Virus record (IMG/VR): IMGVR_UViG_3300037797_000117
Location: 1-64,000 of that record
Direction: 5' to 3' (one strand)
From: a virus
Length of the DNA: 64,000 bases
Part shown: piece by piece, positions 62,710-64,000 of the stretch
How the letters are laid out: each line of letters begins with the position of its first letter
How positions within the stretch are numbered: position 1 is the stretch's first letter
Translations under genes and position numbers: made by a program
Notes under the pieces: generated by a model
Database searches by the model: none
The model's input: the letters and a program-made list of their open reading frames with translations, nothing else
What the model was told of the DNA's origin: nothing

Positions 62710-63532
62710 ACCGGTCATGCTGACCCTGCGTACCCACCTGAACGACGAGGTCATGGTGCAGAAAGCCAAGGCCAAGCCGACGTTCAACCAGTCAACCGGC
62801 GACGGTGTGAGCTGGGCAGCCTGGACGTGGAACCCCATTACGGGCTGCCTGCACGGATGTAAATACTGCTACGCACGCGCGATTGCCGCCCGCTTCCCGA
62901 ACGCGTTCCCGGTCGGGTTCACGCCGATCTTCCGTGAGGACCGGCTGGACGCCCCGGCCAACACCAAGATCCCCGCCGCGCACCAAGGCGATCCGGATTG
63001 GGAGCGGGTGTTCGTCACGTCGATGGGCGACGGATACGGCCGGTGGGTTCCGCAGGAGTGGATCGACCGTATCCACGCGGCCGAGCGGGCCAGCCCGTGG
63101 TGGCAGTACATCCACCTGTCGAAGTTCCCCGACCGGTTCCCCGGGCTCGACTTCCCTCCGGGCGCGTGGGTCGGCACCAGCGTGGACGAGCAGAAGCGCG
63201 TCCGTATCGCCGAACGGGCCATGGCCGCCGTCACCGGCGTAAAGGTGAAGTGGCTGTCCCTGGAGCCGCTCAAGGAGCCTCTCGTCTTCGCCGATCTAAC
63301 GATGTTCGACTGGATTGTCATCGGTTCGCAGACCCGCACGATCCAACCCGGAGGTGTGGTCGAACCGGCGTTCGCGCCACCAGCCGAATGGGTACTGCGG
63401 ATTACCCACCAAGCCCGTGAAGCCAACATCCCCGTTCACTGGAAACCGAACCTCCGGTCCAACCCCGGTGTGGTCGGCAGTCTCGGTACCGAGTGGCACG
63501 ACCGGTACCCGAGCGGGGTGATCCGGCCATGA
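62702..63532 (+). CDS. DUF5131 / phage Gp37-Gp68 family protein (CxxxCxxC)
   Basis: TWNPITGCLHGCKYCYA...VFV.SMGD...WVGTSV...WLSLEPL...DWIVIG. Confidence 0.9.
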   Translation: MPEPVMLTLRTHLNDEVMVQKAKAKPTFNQSTGDGVSWAAWTWNPITGCLHGCKYCYARAIAARFPNAFPVGFTPIFREDRLDAPANTKIPAAHQGDPDWERVFVTSMGDGYGRWVPQEWIDRIHAAERASPWWQYIHLSKFPDRFPGLDFPPGAWVGTSVDEQKRVRIAERAMAAVTGVKVKWLSLEPLKEPLVFADLTMFDWIVIGSQTRTIQPGGVVEPAFAPPAEWVLRITHQAREANIPVHWKPNLRSNPGVVGSLGTEWHDRYPSGVIRP

Positions 63533-63972
63533 GCGCCGGCATGATCCCGATCAGCGCCGGGCACGTCCTGGTCATCACCGGCAGCAATGAGGACGGCTGC
63601 GACGAACGCCGCTACAGAATCGACCACTACGGCCCCGTCGACACGTGCGCCATGTGGGTGCCCTGCGACCGGGACCTTCCCTGCGCCGACGACGTTCAGT
63701 GGGCGCCGGACGGCAAGGTGTTCCACGGGGTCGAACACAGTTGGGGCGACGACGCGTGGGTCGTGCGCCCCAACGAGCCGACGTGTATCTACACCCGCCA
63801 GTTCGTCGCCGATGATCTCCCGGACGTGGCCGCCGACCTGGAGTACGACGGCGGCCCGCTGACGGCGGGCCGGTACCTGGTCGGACTGGTGTGGATGGGT
63901 GACGGCGAGTTCGACCTGAACATCCGGTCCCGCCTCGACGACACCGAACCGGCCCGGCCGGGGGTGGGGTGA
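63529..63972 (+). CDS. Hypothetical protein
   Basis: Coupled ORF. Confidence 0.6.
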   Translation: MSAGMIPISAGHVLVITGSNEDGCDERRYRIDHYGPVDTCAMWVPCDRDLPCADDVQWAPDGKVFHGVEHSWGDDAWVVRPNEPTCIYTRQFVADDLPDVAADLEYDGGPLTAGRYLVGLVWMGDGEFDLNIRSRLDDTEPARPGVG

Positions 63973-64000
63973 TGCCGGTCAGGGCCGCGAGCTGTTTCGA

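Noticed and set aside
1-64000. Integrase/attP, immunity repressor, tRNA genes, reverse transcriptase/DGR
   Set aside because: No recognisable motifs in the window. They may lie outside it, so lifestyle cannot be assigned.

Overview
High-GC actinobacterial tailed phage (siphovirus-type) sequence with no recognisable host chromosome. A filamentous actinomycete host is likely but inferred. Layout: (1) 1-4770, a minus-strand block dominated by a ~1350-aa multi-domain protein with a complete DnaN-like sliding clamp, plus a GrpE-like mini-protein; (2) ~4850-5450, a non-coding strand switch that may hold the genome end; (3) 5500-45600, a mostly plus-strand virion/lysis arm: HNH, two beta-helix proteins, terminases, portal, capsid genes, a giant Ala-rich fibre-like protein, head-tail and tail genes with a -1 frameshift chaperone, tape measure, holin, endolysin and a DNA methylase. 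It is interrupted by an FtsK/TraB-like protein with degenerate Walker motifs, a secreted NlpC/P60 hydrolase, an RHH regulator and a papain-like peptidase; (4) 45700-49250, a minus-strand accessory block; (5) 49400-64000, plus-strand early/replication genes: HNH, DUF932, SAV_6107 HEPN, WhiB, RecT-like, ASCH, Cas4-like nuclease, a replication initiator with internal iterons, RusA-like and DUF5131. Most notable: the clamp protein has nested in-frame RBS+ATG starts; the FtsK/TraB homologue looks catalytically dead; at least 7 promoters carry all or half of a GTACCC-N-GGGTAC palindrome in their spacer; and two hydrolase genes appear to start at CUG. No integrase, clear repressor, tRNA or CRISPR array was seen. 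All family calls come from motif recognition by eye, not database searches.
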